A DNA stretch of 64,000 nucleotides from a virus (Duplodnaviria; Caudoviricetes), in IMG/VR virus record IMGVR_UViG_3300028888_000069, positions 32,001 through 96,000 of that record; one strand, written 5' to 3'. Of the stretch, positions 45,501-57,335 are shown in pieces. A program made the translations under genes and the position numbers. Numbering within the stretch: position 1 is the first letter of the stretch; each line of letters opens with the position of its first letter. The notes below the pieces were generated by a model. It made no database searches. It saw only the letters and a list, made by a program, of their open reading frames with translations, and had not been told where the DNA came from.

Positions 45501-48500
45501 CTAAAGATTTAAAAGTATAGTATCCAGAACCTGCGTTATAAGGAGCGTCTTTATCAAAATCTGCCATTTTACTATCTCCTTCTTCATCTAATCCAAAATA
45601 ATCATCAAGTTCATTCTAAACATAAGTTGAAATAATGGAATGTACTCTATCCTTTAATTCACCTACATTAGATAAATCGTCTTTTAAATCTTTAAGTATT
45701 TCTTCTATTTGATTAAAGATAGATGTTAGTTCTTGTGGAAAATTATTAGAAGATTTTTTTAATACTGAAGCAATTATATCCTTTTTTCTCCAATTTAAGA
45801 TTTGAATAATTCTTCTAAAAGTGTTAGAATCAATTATAGAATTTTCATCCAACATCTTGTTAACCTATTCAAGTATAATTCTATCTTTCTTTATTTTAAT
45901 AAGGCTTTTTCTTATTTTTTTTCTTTTATTGTATTCCTCTTCAGTTTCCCCTTCTTTCTAAGAATCTCTAAATTCAAAATCTTCGTCAATACCTTGTTTT
46001 TCCCAAATTGGAACTTCAATATCTTTTCCTTCATTAGTTACTGTTTCTCCTTCTATGTAAGATACAACATTTCCTGGATGAACATAAGAAGTAATACCTC
46101 TAGAATTATTTCCAAATTCCAATATATAGTGGCCTAATTTTGGAACTTTACTTCCCCTTGTAGTTATTTCGCCGTCTGCCATTGTTCCAGAACTTACTGC
46201 ATTTTGATAAGCATCAGACCACATAGCTGCTCTCCATTTTCCAGAAGATTCATCAAAAACTTGTACACTGGCAGAATCATTTGTAGTGTATACTTTTATA
46301 TGTTTACCTTTTTCTATCAGCAATCTAGTTGCCATATTAAAGTCATATCCCTATTTTCCTTCTGAGAAAAAGACATTATCACTCCATCCATGAAGCCCAG
46401 CATCGATTCCTCCTGTATTATTATGGTGAGATTTAATTCTTCGAGTCATCCCATCTTCAGTAATAATATATTCAGAACCCTATTCAGTATAAAATTTTTT
46501 AGAAACTTTTGCTCCCTTTGGGCTAGTTATATCATTTAAATTTTCTCCATTAAATGTATTAGGAGATGTTCCAGGTCTAGTAAGAACTGCTTTTTCATAA
46601 CTACTTCCATCACCGACTTCCATTGTATTTCCAGGAATCCCTTCCCAAAGATCTTGTAAAACTTTTGGAACTTCTACAGGGGTTGTTGTAGTTTTTGTTT
46701 TAAGTTTCCTAGTATCTACTTTTATAAATCCTAACTGCCCAAACCAATTATTTAATCCAACTACTCCTCCAGGAGATAACTCTCCCCATGTAGATAATTT
46801 ATCCCCTTTAGGGATTACTAAAGCAGCTGCCTAAAATAATCTCTTTTTTTGTTCATCAGTTAATGGAGATACTTCTGTATCGTTATCTTTTGTAGTTTTA
46901 AAATGGATAGACCAATATCCATCTTCAAGGTCTTTTACTATTTCAAATTTTCTGTCTGGGTCTTCTCTTAATTGTAAATAGAAAGCTTTATTAGTTTTTG
47001 AAGGATCTGATTTCCAAGGCTTATCAAAAGTTTCTCCTTTTATTATATTAATGCCCGATAAAAGAATATTTATTTCATCATCAGTAAATTCTTCTACTTG
47101 CTAATCCCACAACTACTTAACTTTTGGCAAATTAGGGAATAATTCTTCCATTTTTTCTAAATGTTTTCCCCAAACTTCTACATCTCCATCATTTAAAGTT
47201 TCTAATTCTTTTTTAGATCTAGTTTGAACCTCTTTATATAATTCAAAAGCCTAATCTAATTCAATTTGTCTTTTTTCTTTTTTATATTTGTCGTATAAGG
47301 AATCAACTATTCCTTTAAATTTATCGATTAATTCATAATAATTAACCCCAAATCTTTGCCTAGTAAAAGCATTTTTTGTCATAGTTAAAAATGCTCCACT
47401 TATTTCTGGATTTATAGCAAAAGCTGTTTTCTCTAAATAATAAAGAGATCCAGAAGAGAAAAATTCTTCCTTTCTTTTATTTAATTCTTCTTTCTTTGCT
47501 TCTAATTTTTCTTTTTGCTCGACATACTAAGGATCATCATCTCTCTTTTCTTTATCCTTCGTCTGTTCTTGTAAATCCTATAAAGCGGTTTCATTTGCAA
47601 CTATTGTATCAGTTAAATCCTCAAATTCTTTAAAATAGCCTGCTATATAAGAAGCATCTTTAATAGAACCTCTTTCTACATCCTACTCTAATTTATCATT
47701 CAAAGCGGCCATTTTATAGTCAGATAAAACCATTCTATCAAATAATTCATCATCAGTTAAATTTAATTGATTTCCTTTTATAATGTTATCCATCTATAAT
47801 ATAGATGATTTCATCATATCATAAACAAATTCATTTTGAGATTTATTATTTTGATCAGCTGTAATAAAAGTTTTTGTTTCGTTACCTTCTGGATCAACAC
47901 TAGTGGTAGTATTTACAGATAAATTAGTATCACCTAATTGTCCTTTATCACGCAATTTACCTAATTCTTCTAATATTTCATTGGTTTTTCCCTACCTTAT
48001 TGCATTCATTAATTCTCTATGGTATTGTACATCTACAGTCGATTTTGGATTTTTTATAGCATCTACTCCATAAAATAATCCTCCACCAATAGCTCCACCA
48101 AAGAAAGACATTAAATATCTGTCTTTGGCGTTTTCCCAAGCACCTACATCTTTTTGAGATACTAAACCAAATTGTCCTGCCAATTCATATAAAGATTTAA
48201 CAGTATCAGAAACCAATTCTTCTGATACTTCTTCTAAACCTTCTCCCAAAGCTTTTCCAAAAAATCCTGCAGAATGTTCTTTTAAACTTTGTAAATAATT
48301 ATCCTTAAAGGAACTAACTGCTTTTTTAGCAGAATTCTTTCCTTTCTATACTAAATTTAGTAAATTCTTTTTACTTGCTTCTTCTTTAATAGTAGAAATC
48401 CCGGCCTTTTGAGCCATTCTTTCCATTATTGGTGTAACATCTTTTTCAACAGATTCTTTTAAGCTTTTTCTAAAAGCTTTTTGTGCAGCCAATTCTGGAG

Positions 48501-50085
48501 TATCATCAAAAAACATTTCTCCTAAACCTGTTTTATCTACAAAATACATTCCCAAAGTACTTCCTAATGCAACAGCAGCTGCTTCCATTTTAGTTGCACC
48601 ATGTTCTAACATAGATTCATATACATCTGTATTAGATACTAAAGCCATATAAGCAAGAGATAAATTTGCTCCTGTTTCATAACTTTTAGAAATAGCTTTT
48701 TCAGCGGCTGGCATTACTTTTTCTAAAGCCGCTGCTCCAACAGCAGTATTTTTCCACTTGCCAGATGCCATTAAATCTGCTACACCTTTACTGGAATCTG
48801 CTCCTGTATATTTTATAGCGGCTGTTATAGAATCCATCTTTCCTTCAAAGGCCTCTCCAAGCTTTCCTTCTTTCGCCTATTGTATTATTCTATTAGCCTA
48901 TTTTTCATATTCAGCCATTGCTTTACTTTCAGCAGAAGCAAGAGATCCTTTTATGCCTTTTCCTGTATTAGTTACCCAATTAGCTATTTGCTTTTGCTGT
49001 CCCCACTATAAAGCAACATCAGAAACCAACCCAGCAAAGTTTTCAAAAGAAAAAGCATTCTATCTTCCTTTTTCAGAAGTAGACGTAGAAAGTCTTTTAC
49101 CAAATGCCGCAAGTGTATTAACAAACTGTGAATCTTCTTCCTATCCCATTAAAGAGGTAAATACACCATCTAGCATTGGCAATGTTTTAGCCAATTCTTT
49201 AGCTATCATTAATCCGCTATAAGCAGCAGAAATCTCTGCTCCTCCTAATACCATAGGAGCTAATGCCACTAAATTCTTTGCTATAATTCCAGCAGTACTT
49301 TTTTCAATATCATCAGAATCAAAAAAGTCGTATTTATTTATAGCAGAATCTTCTTTAGTAAGAACATCAAAAGCACTTAATACTTCTTTTCCTACTATTG
49401 ACCTTCCTCCTAAAGTTTCATAATAATATTCTCCCTAAGGATTTAATTTCTTTTCTCCTTTAAGGTGTTTAACAGTCTATCCAGTTATAGGATCTGTTTC
49501 TTCTTCATCTTTGTCATAAGTGGCCAATACCAAAGAATCAGCAAAAGGATTTAATACGTTCGTTATATATCTAATAGGGTTGGTAAATAAAGAATAGTCT
49601 TCTGGAGAATGTTCTATAAATTTACCTTCTTTATAATCCCATATTTTTTGTCTTTGTGCTAACTCAGCTTCGGTTTTAGTTCTAGGCCCTTCCATATTAA
49701 ACCCAGAAATACCTAAAGAAGTATGATTTGGGTTGTCTGTTTCTATTAAATCTAAACCAGGATTTTTGACACGAGAAGTTGGTTTCTGGAAAGTATCCCA
49801 GAAACCATATTCATAATTGTCAACTTTCTAAGAAGAAGAAAAATCAGAAAATTTATATGCTTGTTGTTGATAAAAAGCATCAAATTTATCTGGAGAAAAG
49901 TTACCTTCATTGTCTTTAAAAATATCTTGATTTTTGATATATTCAGAATTTTTATAATAATCAGCATCTTTTAACTGAGTATTATCCAAAGTCATTCCTA
50001 AAACTTCTTTAAAATCCTGGCTTTCAAAAGTTGGATTATTTATTCCAGCAACTATCCAATCGTTTTCTTTTAATTGTTTATTCAT
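39538..50085 (-). CDS. giant virion/ejected protein (~3515 aa, TAG=Gln) with N-terminal membrane segments and an SF1 helicase domain
   Basis: Fifteen co-framed fragments. GEGLEEVSEE and FFGGAIGGGLF near the N-terminus. GIGGSGKT, LIIDE, GDEN(TAG), QGKE and YTIITR helicase motifs. Ends LLNC-TAA. Confidence 0.85.
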
Positions 50086-53000
50086 TATAATACTCCTGTT
50101 TTAACCGTGCCAGCTTGAGACCTTTTATTAAATATCTAATAAGAGTGTTCTAAAGCTCTAGCATCAGCTGTTTTTACTTTAACTCCTCCAGCATTTTGGG
50201 CTGCAAGTGCATTATTTATAAGAGGTATAAATATAGAAGCTTTATATACTTCATCATATCCAAATTCTAACCAATGATTGTTAACATCAAACTCATAATT
50301 AGATTTATTCTTATCAGTACTAAATGTTTCGTTCATCATTCTTTCAACATCTTCTAATTCATCCTCATCCGTTATTTTATCTATATATTTACTATCCTTA
50401 CTAATTACTCTATCAGAAGTGTATCCCTATACTACTAGGAATTGTCCTACTCTATTTTTATTAGGCATTCCATCTTCTCCTACTAATTCATCTAAATGAG
50501 CTTCTTTTAATTTTTCAGCAAATAGCTTTTGATACTATTCAGAGTTTTTACCAATTCCATTTTGTTGAGCAATTTGGTCGGTTTTATTTATAGCATCTTG
50601 GAAATCTTCTATGATACTAAAATCGACTTGTTTAGTTCCATTTACTATTCTAAACGGAAGAGTAGTAATTGCCTTATCTTCATTATTAAGATATAATATA
50701 TCTTTAAATTTATTGGGATTTACTGCTTGGTCACCAAATGTAATACCTCTATTTCCGTCTAAAACTCCTTGGAAACCGCTCTTCGTTAACATATCAGCTA
50801 AACTCATATTCCCTTCTACTTCTGGTAGGGCTGAATATTTAGTAGCATTTACTCTTAAAGCAGCTCTATAACCGTTTCCATTTTCTTGGTCTCCCCCTGG
50901 TCTTATAACCAATGTTCCAGGATGACCGCCCTGTTCTGCTATCATTTGTGCAACAGGAGATAATTCCATTCCTCCTATTCCTCCAGACTCTCCTCTAGGG
51001 CCATTAGTAGCTGTAGCATCATAAGATATACTAGTTTTTTGAGAAATGTCTTCATTAGCCATATACATCTATTTAATTAATTCTACAGGTTTTCCTCCAG
51101 AATAAAGTTTTAATAAAGTTACTTCATTAGGAGAAAGTTGAGACATAACATAAGTTATGGCCGCTTTAATTTGTTCTTTCTATGTTTTTGTAGCATTTTT
51201 TATTTTATATATGCCATCTTCACTTTGTTCTGTTAAAAGTTGAAATCCTTTTTGTATTTTTAATACTTCTTCTTTCGTATGTAAAGACTCATTCTCTATT
51301 TCAGTAGTTCCTACTTTTATAGGAATTTCTTTTATTTTTTTATTAATAGCTTCCATACTTGTAGCATTTCCTACAATGTTAGTAAGCTACATATTATTAG
51401 CGTAAGTTGGATAATATTCTCTAAGATTAGCTACTTGTTGATTAGTTAAAGGGTTTACTTTGTCTTTATTTTTTTCATATTCTTCATAAGACATATAACT
51501 AATAACTCCTTCTTCATTTTGAACTACCATTCTTCCGCTAGAGTTAATAGCAAATTCATTTAATCCTCCTTTTTCATCTGCTTGCTTTTTAGCAGCATCT
51601 AACTAATCTTTATTATATTTGGCCATATTAGCTTGTCTAATTGCTTGAAGAGCTCTTACTTCTAAATCATCAGTATTTATTCCTCCTCCAGTTAAATTAG
51701 ATAAACTATCTAACCTTAATTGTTTTTCTAAACTAGTAGTAATTGCCTATACATCACTAGGAAGCCCTTCTAATTTAGTTAATAAATGTTTTAATACTTC
51801 GTCTAATTTTTCAGCCTATTCTTTTCCTTGATTTCCTGTCCCAGCTCCAGAAGAAGAAGAAATAGAATTACCTAACTAAGATGAAACACCCTATGTCTGG
51901 GAGGTATCTCTTCCTGCATAAGGAAGGGGTGTGTATACCCAAAAAGGGGCTATTCCTCCGCTTTGATATTTTAAAGGTAATCTTTTATATTTAGGCCTGT
52001 CATTTAATTTTTGTGCTTCTAAAGATAGCTTTGACATTTTTTCAAAATGTTCTACAGCATCTCTGGCACTTTTATAAAGTAATTCGGCATTTTTAGCATT
52101 ATTATCTTTAATAGTAGTTCTAGTAGTTGTTTTCTATTTAGATGATACTCTAGATCCATTTGCCGAAATTTTTATTTTTCCGCCTCTTTTAAAATAATAA
52201 TTATTTAACTAAATATCATTTAATAACTTTAAAGTATCATCTTGTCTACGTCTTGTTACATAACTATTAAATTTAGATAAAGCCTTATATAATTCTCTGT
52301 ACTTTTCTTTCTCTTCTTCTGTAAGAGGCTCGTTTTTATTTATTAATTCCTATAATTCTAATCTTGCATCATTTGCTGTCCATCGTTTTCCGTCATATGT
52401 AAAATCTACTTCTCTTGTTTTTGTAGGATTATCTGGATCAGCTTCATAGTATTTTATATACCCATTATTAAGTATATCTTGATATTCGTTATTTATATTA
52501 TATTGTCTGTTTTGAACACTTAAAGATTTTAATAATTCTTCTCTTTCTCTTGCTCTTAATTCTAATCCTTTAAAGAAATTTTCAATACTAGTTCCTTCAG
52601 ATGCTAATTTTTGTGCTAATAAGTTATGTCTTGCATTCTCAGCTGCAACAAGAGATTTCGTATTCTAATTAGCAACATCTGTAGCTCTAGCAATATTATT
52701 GTCTTCATGTGTTGCAGATTCAGCCCTGGTTTCTCTAATTCTCTAATTGTCCGCTAAATCCCCTTGTGCTTCATATTCAGCTCCCTATCTTTGTGCTTCC
52801 ATTACTTGAGCCATTTGGGAGTCCATATTAGAAGTAACAGGTCTAGATCCCATATATCTTAACCTAGAAGCCCTATTATAAAACTATTGTTTAGTAGCTT
52901 CATCTCCTTCTACTCTTCTATGGGTATTAAAAGTCTTTATTAAAGCAGGGTTAATTCCTTTTAAAGCTTCATTATATATTCTATTATCAGACCATAGATT

Positions 53001-53813
53001 ATGAGCAAGTCTAATTCCATCTAATGCATCACTCCATTTAAATCTCTATCTAAATTTATTTAAAAAATCATTAAATCCAGGACTTCTTGGACCAGGTTGT
53101 CTTTCTGGCATCCCATTCTAATCAGTCGGTTGTTCTTCTGGCTATCCTTCTGGCTATCCTTCTGGCTGTTCTCCTTCTGGTTTCTATCCGCTTCCAGGGC
53201 CTGTTAATTGATAATCCCTCCAATAAATAGTATTATCGTCATTCCAACCTTCTTTTACAGGGTTTTCTGATACGGTATAATTACCTATAACACTTGGATC
53301 AACCCAATGCTGATTTCCCTATTCATCATTATAAAAATATCTTTTACCTTCATTTAAGAATACATTATGTCTAGCCCCTAAAATATTATCATATCTAATA
53401 TGGTCTATATAATCCTTTAAATTGGTATAAGTTTTTTGAGTAGGCCTTCCATAAGTATCGGCAACTTTTGTTGTCCAAGAGGTTCTTAAATTTCCATTAG
53501 GATCAAAGAATCTCTATTGATTATTGTCAGGCAGAAGTCTATCTACAGCTTCCGCCCACTTTTTTCCTATATCAGTGAAATTACCGTTTTCATCCAATAA
53601 TTTATTTCCAAAATCTCTATAATACTAATGTGATTCTATATCCTAAGTAGTTCTCTAAGTGTTTCCTACAGTAGCCCTGTATCTATTTCCCAACCCTTCT
53701 ATGTTAGAAACCCAAGGATCTCTATAATCACTTGCGTTTACTAACCTTTCAGTATTCATAGAATACTGGTATTTATTAGGGTCATAATCTATTAATCCGT
53801 TATACCAAGGCAT
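50085..53813 (-). CDS. virion cargo protein (~1242 aa, TAG=Gln)
   Basis: Open from ATG53813 (MPWYNGL) to a TAA coupled (TAATG) to the next gene. Only TAG interrupts in the stretches read. QPEG repeats, FKRGG and YQSGG motifs. Confidence 0.8.
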
Positions 53814-53814
53814 A

Positions 53815-56151
53815 TTATTTATTATTTATTAAAAAGTCTGTTAAATAATTATCTAAATTTCTATATATTTTACCTCCATATTTAAATATTCCATGGCTTT
53901 CCATTAATCTTTTCATTAACTCGTCTCTATTTTTATTGAAATAAATTCTATTTATATAATCCTTTTCAACTGGATTAGATATTATAACTTCTCCAGACCT
54001 TCCATTAAGACTAGGTATAGTATTAGACAATACCCAATCTGAATTAGAGTTTTTCATTAATAATATTTGTCCTTCTGTCCAGTCCTTTCCAGCAGCAGGA
54101 AAACTCATAATACCATCATGTTGTAATATTAATTTAGGGCTGGCCATTCTTCCTACAGGTGTTACATAAGGCTTTCTTCCTTTAGGTGTCATATAAGGCT
54201 TCTTGTAGGCTCTTAATCCTTTAGGTGTCATATAAGGCTTCTTGTAGGCCCTTAATCCAGCAGGAGTTTCTCTTCCAAATAGTCTTCCTCTCTGTATTGC
54301 CCCTCTAAATGCCCTTGGAACATTTTCACTATTTTCTATCTAACTATTTACTCTTTGATATACTCTTCTATTATGATTTTTAGGTGATAAGAAACCTCTA
54401 TTAGCATCAGCTATTTCATTTACTTGTGCCTCTGTAAGAGGTGCATTAGTATATATAGAACCTGTTCTTTCTACGTCTATTTTAGGGCTTCCTAAATTTC
54501 TTCTTGCATTATACCAATGAGGTTCTCCTAATATTATATCGTCTGGCTCTGCTCCTGCTTTATGAAGAGCCGCTTTTACTTGTTCATTCTCGGATAAAAT
54601 TCTTCTTTGTTCCTTTATTGATTTTATTCTTAAATTTTTCCATATAGGAGCATCTGGAGCATCTTTTAATTCAACATTTAATTCTTTTATTTCATTTCCT
54701 ACCTTAACTTTAAATTTTACTCTTCCTAATTGTTTTAATCCTCTGGCTGCATTTATAGCACCTACAGCTTTAGCAGATTTTACACCTTTCATTGCTTGTA
54801 TACCTACTAAAATCTAGCCTAACTGTTTCCAATCTCCAAAAGTAAAATCTTCTCCACTATTTATTTTGGATACTAAATTTGCTCCACCCATACCTATAAG
54901 AACTCCTGCAAGTGTTTTTCCTCCCCATTTTATCAAATTAGTAAGAGTTTTCACTGCTCTTGCTCCTAAAGCAAAGTCTCCAATAATAGGAATAGCTCCA
55001 ATCGCTCCTAATGTATAATCACCTAAAGTAGACCAAAATCCTGCTCCTTCTTTAGTGTGTGCATTAGCATAATGTCTTGCTCCCGCTGCTCCTAAACCTA
55101 AAGCAGCTGCAGAAAAAGGCTCAGGGTCTATAATAGAAACAACATCAGCAGCTAAAGAACCTACCATTCCCCAAAAATACTCAGGATTCTTTTTAATTAC
55201 TTCTGAAAGACTGTATTCATCAATATTTTTTTCTGGCTGGTCTTCTGCTACAGGTAACTAAACTTCTAATCCAGAAACAGGTTGTTCTGTTTGTTGTTCT
55301 GTTTGTTGTTCTGGATTTTGCTGTCCCGCCTGTTGTTGAGCTGGCTATCCTGCCTATTGCTGAGCTTGAGACTATTGTTGTTCATAATTCTATCTGCCTT
55401 CAGCAGTCAATGTATCTGTTTCTAAAAAATGTTTCCAATTTATACCTGCTGCATTTAAAGCTTGTTTTATTTCGTCTAAATTTCCTAATTGTAAAGCATG
55501 TAAAGCATTTTCTAATTTCTCTTTATGTTCATCGGCATCTTTAAATGCAGAGCCTTCATAATTCTATTCAGGCAATTCTCTTATATATTCTTCTATTAGT
55601 TTTCCTAATGCTTGCTTTCTATTTTCAATTCCTCTATAATGTGTATTAGGATCTACTTTATCCATATCATCCCAATCACTTATATTTGGATTTTCTTGTC
55701 CTCCAAATACTTTCTTTATAAAAAATTTATCAAAATCACTTGGAGTATATTTAGGTAATCCTTCTAATCTTTTCTTTTCTTCCTTTTCCTCTTTTTTTCT
55801 TTTCTCTTCTTCACTATAGGAGTTTTCTTCTAGTTTTCTGTTTATATAATAAGCAGCATCACCGTAAGCTTCTCTTAATTTCTTTGCTAATGCATGATTA
55901 TCTATCTGTTCCCCTTCGTATGTAGTATTTCGTACTCCGTTTATTACCTACATACCTGTTATTCCCCTGCTCATTAAGTCCTAATAAGCTGTTCTAAATC
56001 TTTCCTATTCTTTCTTACTCCAATTCTATGAAGCAATATAATCTTCCACTTCAGCGGCTGCTTTTTCATTAAATGTATTAGCATCTACTACTCTGTCATA
56101 TCCAAAGTGCAAAGTGGTCCCACCCTATTGTAATTTTTTAATTTGTGCCAT
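53815..56151 (-). CDS. virion cargo protein with membrane-insertion segment (~778 aa, TAG=Gln)
   Basis: Starts MAQIKKLQ(TAG)GG. Gln-rich linker and Gly/Ala-rich hydrophobic region (LGAIGAIPIIGD). Three co-framed track fragments. Confidence 0.8.
54181..54258. repeat. 39-bp tandem repeat (2 copies) encoding GLRAYKKPYMTPK
   Basis: TTTAGGTGTCATATAAGGCTTCTTGTAGGC(T/C)CTTAATCC x2, one mismatch, plus a degenerate partial third copy (GRKPYVTP). Confidence 0.92.
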
Positions 56152-56171
56152 ATAATATAGTAATTAATACA

Positions 56172-56204
56172 ATAAAAGGAGCACACTAAAATAATGTACT
56201 CCTT
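56172..56204 (-). terminator. terminator/attenuator-like hairpin in the leader of the cargo/RNAP operon
   Basis: Minus strand AAGGAGTACA-9 nt-TGTGCTCCTT then TTATT, about 25 nt before ATG56151. Confidence 0.5.
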
Positions 56205-56248
56205 CTTTATATAGTTCTTATACATTAAACCTACAGTAAGGAGCTTTG

Positions 56249-56256
56249 CAAATTTA
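56249..56256 (-). promoter_or_regulatory. Bacteroidota-type -7 promoter element
   Basis: Minus strand TAAATTTG matches TAnnTTTG in an intergenic region. No clear -33 TTTG seen. Confidence 0.4.
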
Positions 56257-56278
56257 ATATATAATATAATTATTATCT

Positions 56279-56304
56279 AAAAAGAGCCTTTTTAAAAAGG
56301 CTCT
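56279..56304 (-). terminator. perfect 22-bp palindrome, probable terminator of the 97 aa gene
   Basis: AGAGCCTTTTTAAAAAGGCTCT (56283-56304) followed by a T-run on the minus strand. Confidence 0.6.
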
Positions 56305-56317
56305 AAAAGAGTAAAAA

Positions 56318-56611
56318 TTAATATTTTACCCTTCTTACAAGGCGACCACCTCTTCTATAAACAGGTTCGCCTTCAGGTGCTTCCTCTGGTGCTCCCTCTG
56401 GTGCTGGTCCACCTGGACCTCCTTGAGCTAATTGCACAAGTGCTTGACATACAGCCATAGCTGTTTGGCAGTCTTGTGATTGAACTGCTTGAGCAGCTGC
56501 CTGGATTAATTGCATCATTGGGTCTTGTCCACCGCCCTGTTCTGGCATTGGGCCACCTTCTTGAAATCTATAAACTCCACTAGGAGTATAATTTCTAATG
56601 TTAATATTCAT
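56318..56611 (-). CDS. small Gln/Gly/Pro-rich protein (97 aa)
   Basis: Intact in the standard code. FQEGG near the N-terminus and YRRGG near the C-terminus. Flanked by its own intergenic regions. Confidence 0.8.
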   Translation of the reverse strand: MNINIRNYTPSGVYRFQEGGPMPEQGGGQDPMMQLIQAAAQAVQSQDCQTAMAVCQALVQLAQGGPGGPAPEGAPEEAPEGEPVYRRGGRLVRRVKY

Positions 56612-56704
56612 AAGTATTAATACTTTAATTTATTATTTTAACGACTTTGTTTGTCAGCATCTAATATAATTATATTAAAAACCATAAACCACGTTCATAA
56701 ATAT

Positions 56705-56733
56705 AATATATTCTTATATTGTAAAAAATGCAA
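56705..56733 (-). promoter_or_regulatory. candidate promoter for the 97 aa gene
   Basis: Minus strand TTGCAT-N17-TATATT, the same layout as the site at 3048-3076. Confidence 0.45.
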
Positions 56734-56747
56734 ATTTATAAAAATTT

Positions 56748-57335
56748 TTAAACGGGGGCATTTACATATTCAGGTTCTCTTTCGTCTTGTTTTTTTAACA
56801 CTTTGAATATGTATTTTCCCAATGCTTTATAATCTTTATCTTCTTGAGATAAGTTTGCTTTTATAGCCTTCTTCAAAAGTATTTTAGTTTCTCTTCTTGA
56901 AACTATTCTTTCTCCACCTTTTAACTCCATTTGAGTACTTCCATCAGGAGCCAATACTTTCATTGTTATTTTATCAGTAGTATCTCCTTCATCTATATCA
57001 ACTTCATCACCTACCTAAACTCCAGAATTTTGATTTAACTCTAAAACGTAAGCTACATCTTTTTCTGTAATAGGGGTCTCATCCATCGGTTTTCCTTTTG
57101 CTATAGATATCACTTCTAAATCATCATTTATAAAGATAATATCTAAAGGTATTTTAGTATTATGCATCCAGAAAGAGACGTCTTCAGGAGGATCATATGG
57201 AAATAACATTCCTTCATCGTCAGGTAATTCGTCAACAGTAGACAATCCTCTTTCCTTTTGCTCTTCTGTTTTTGCTATAAATACCTTATACTTTTTATTA
57301 CGAACTATTACAATTCCTATATTTGATTTTTTCAT
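56748..57335 (-). CDS. DUF192-domain protein with C-terminal extension (195 aa, one TAG)
   Basis: ERGLS...EGMLF...FWMHNTKIPLDIIFI...YVLELN...GV(TAG)VGD. Joins track ORFs 57015-57344 and 56748-56963. Confidence 0.85.

Noticed and set aside
56152-56225. Leader peptide starting at ATG56225 (minus strand)
   Set aside because: It runs out of frame into the next gene and has no informative codon run, so there is no support.
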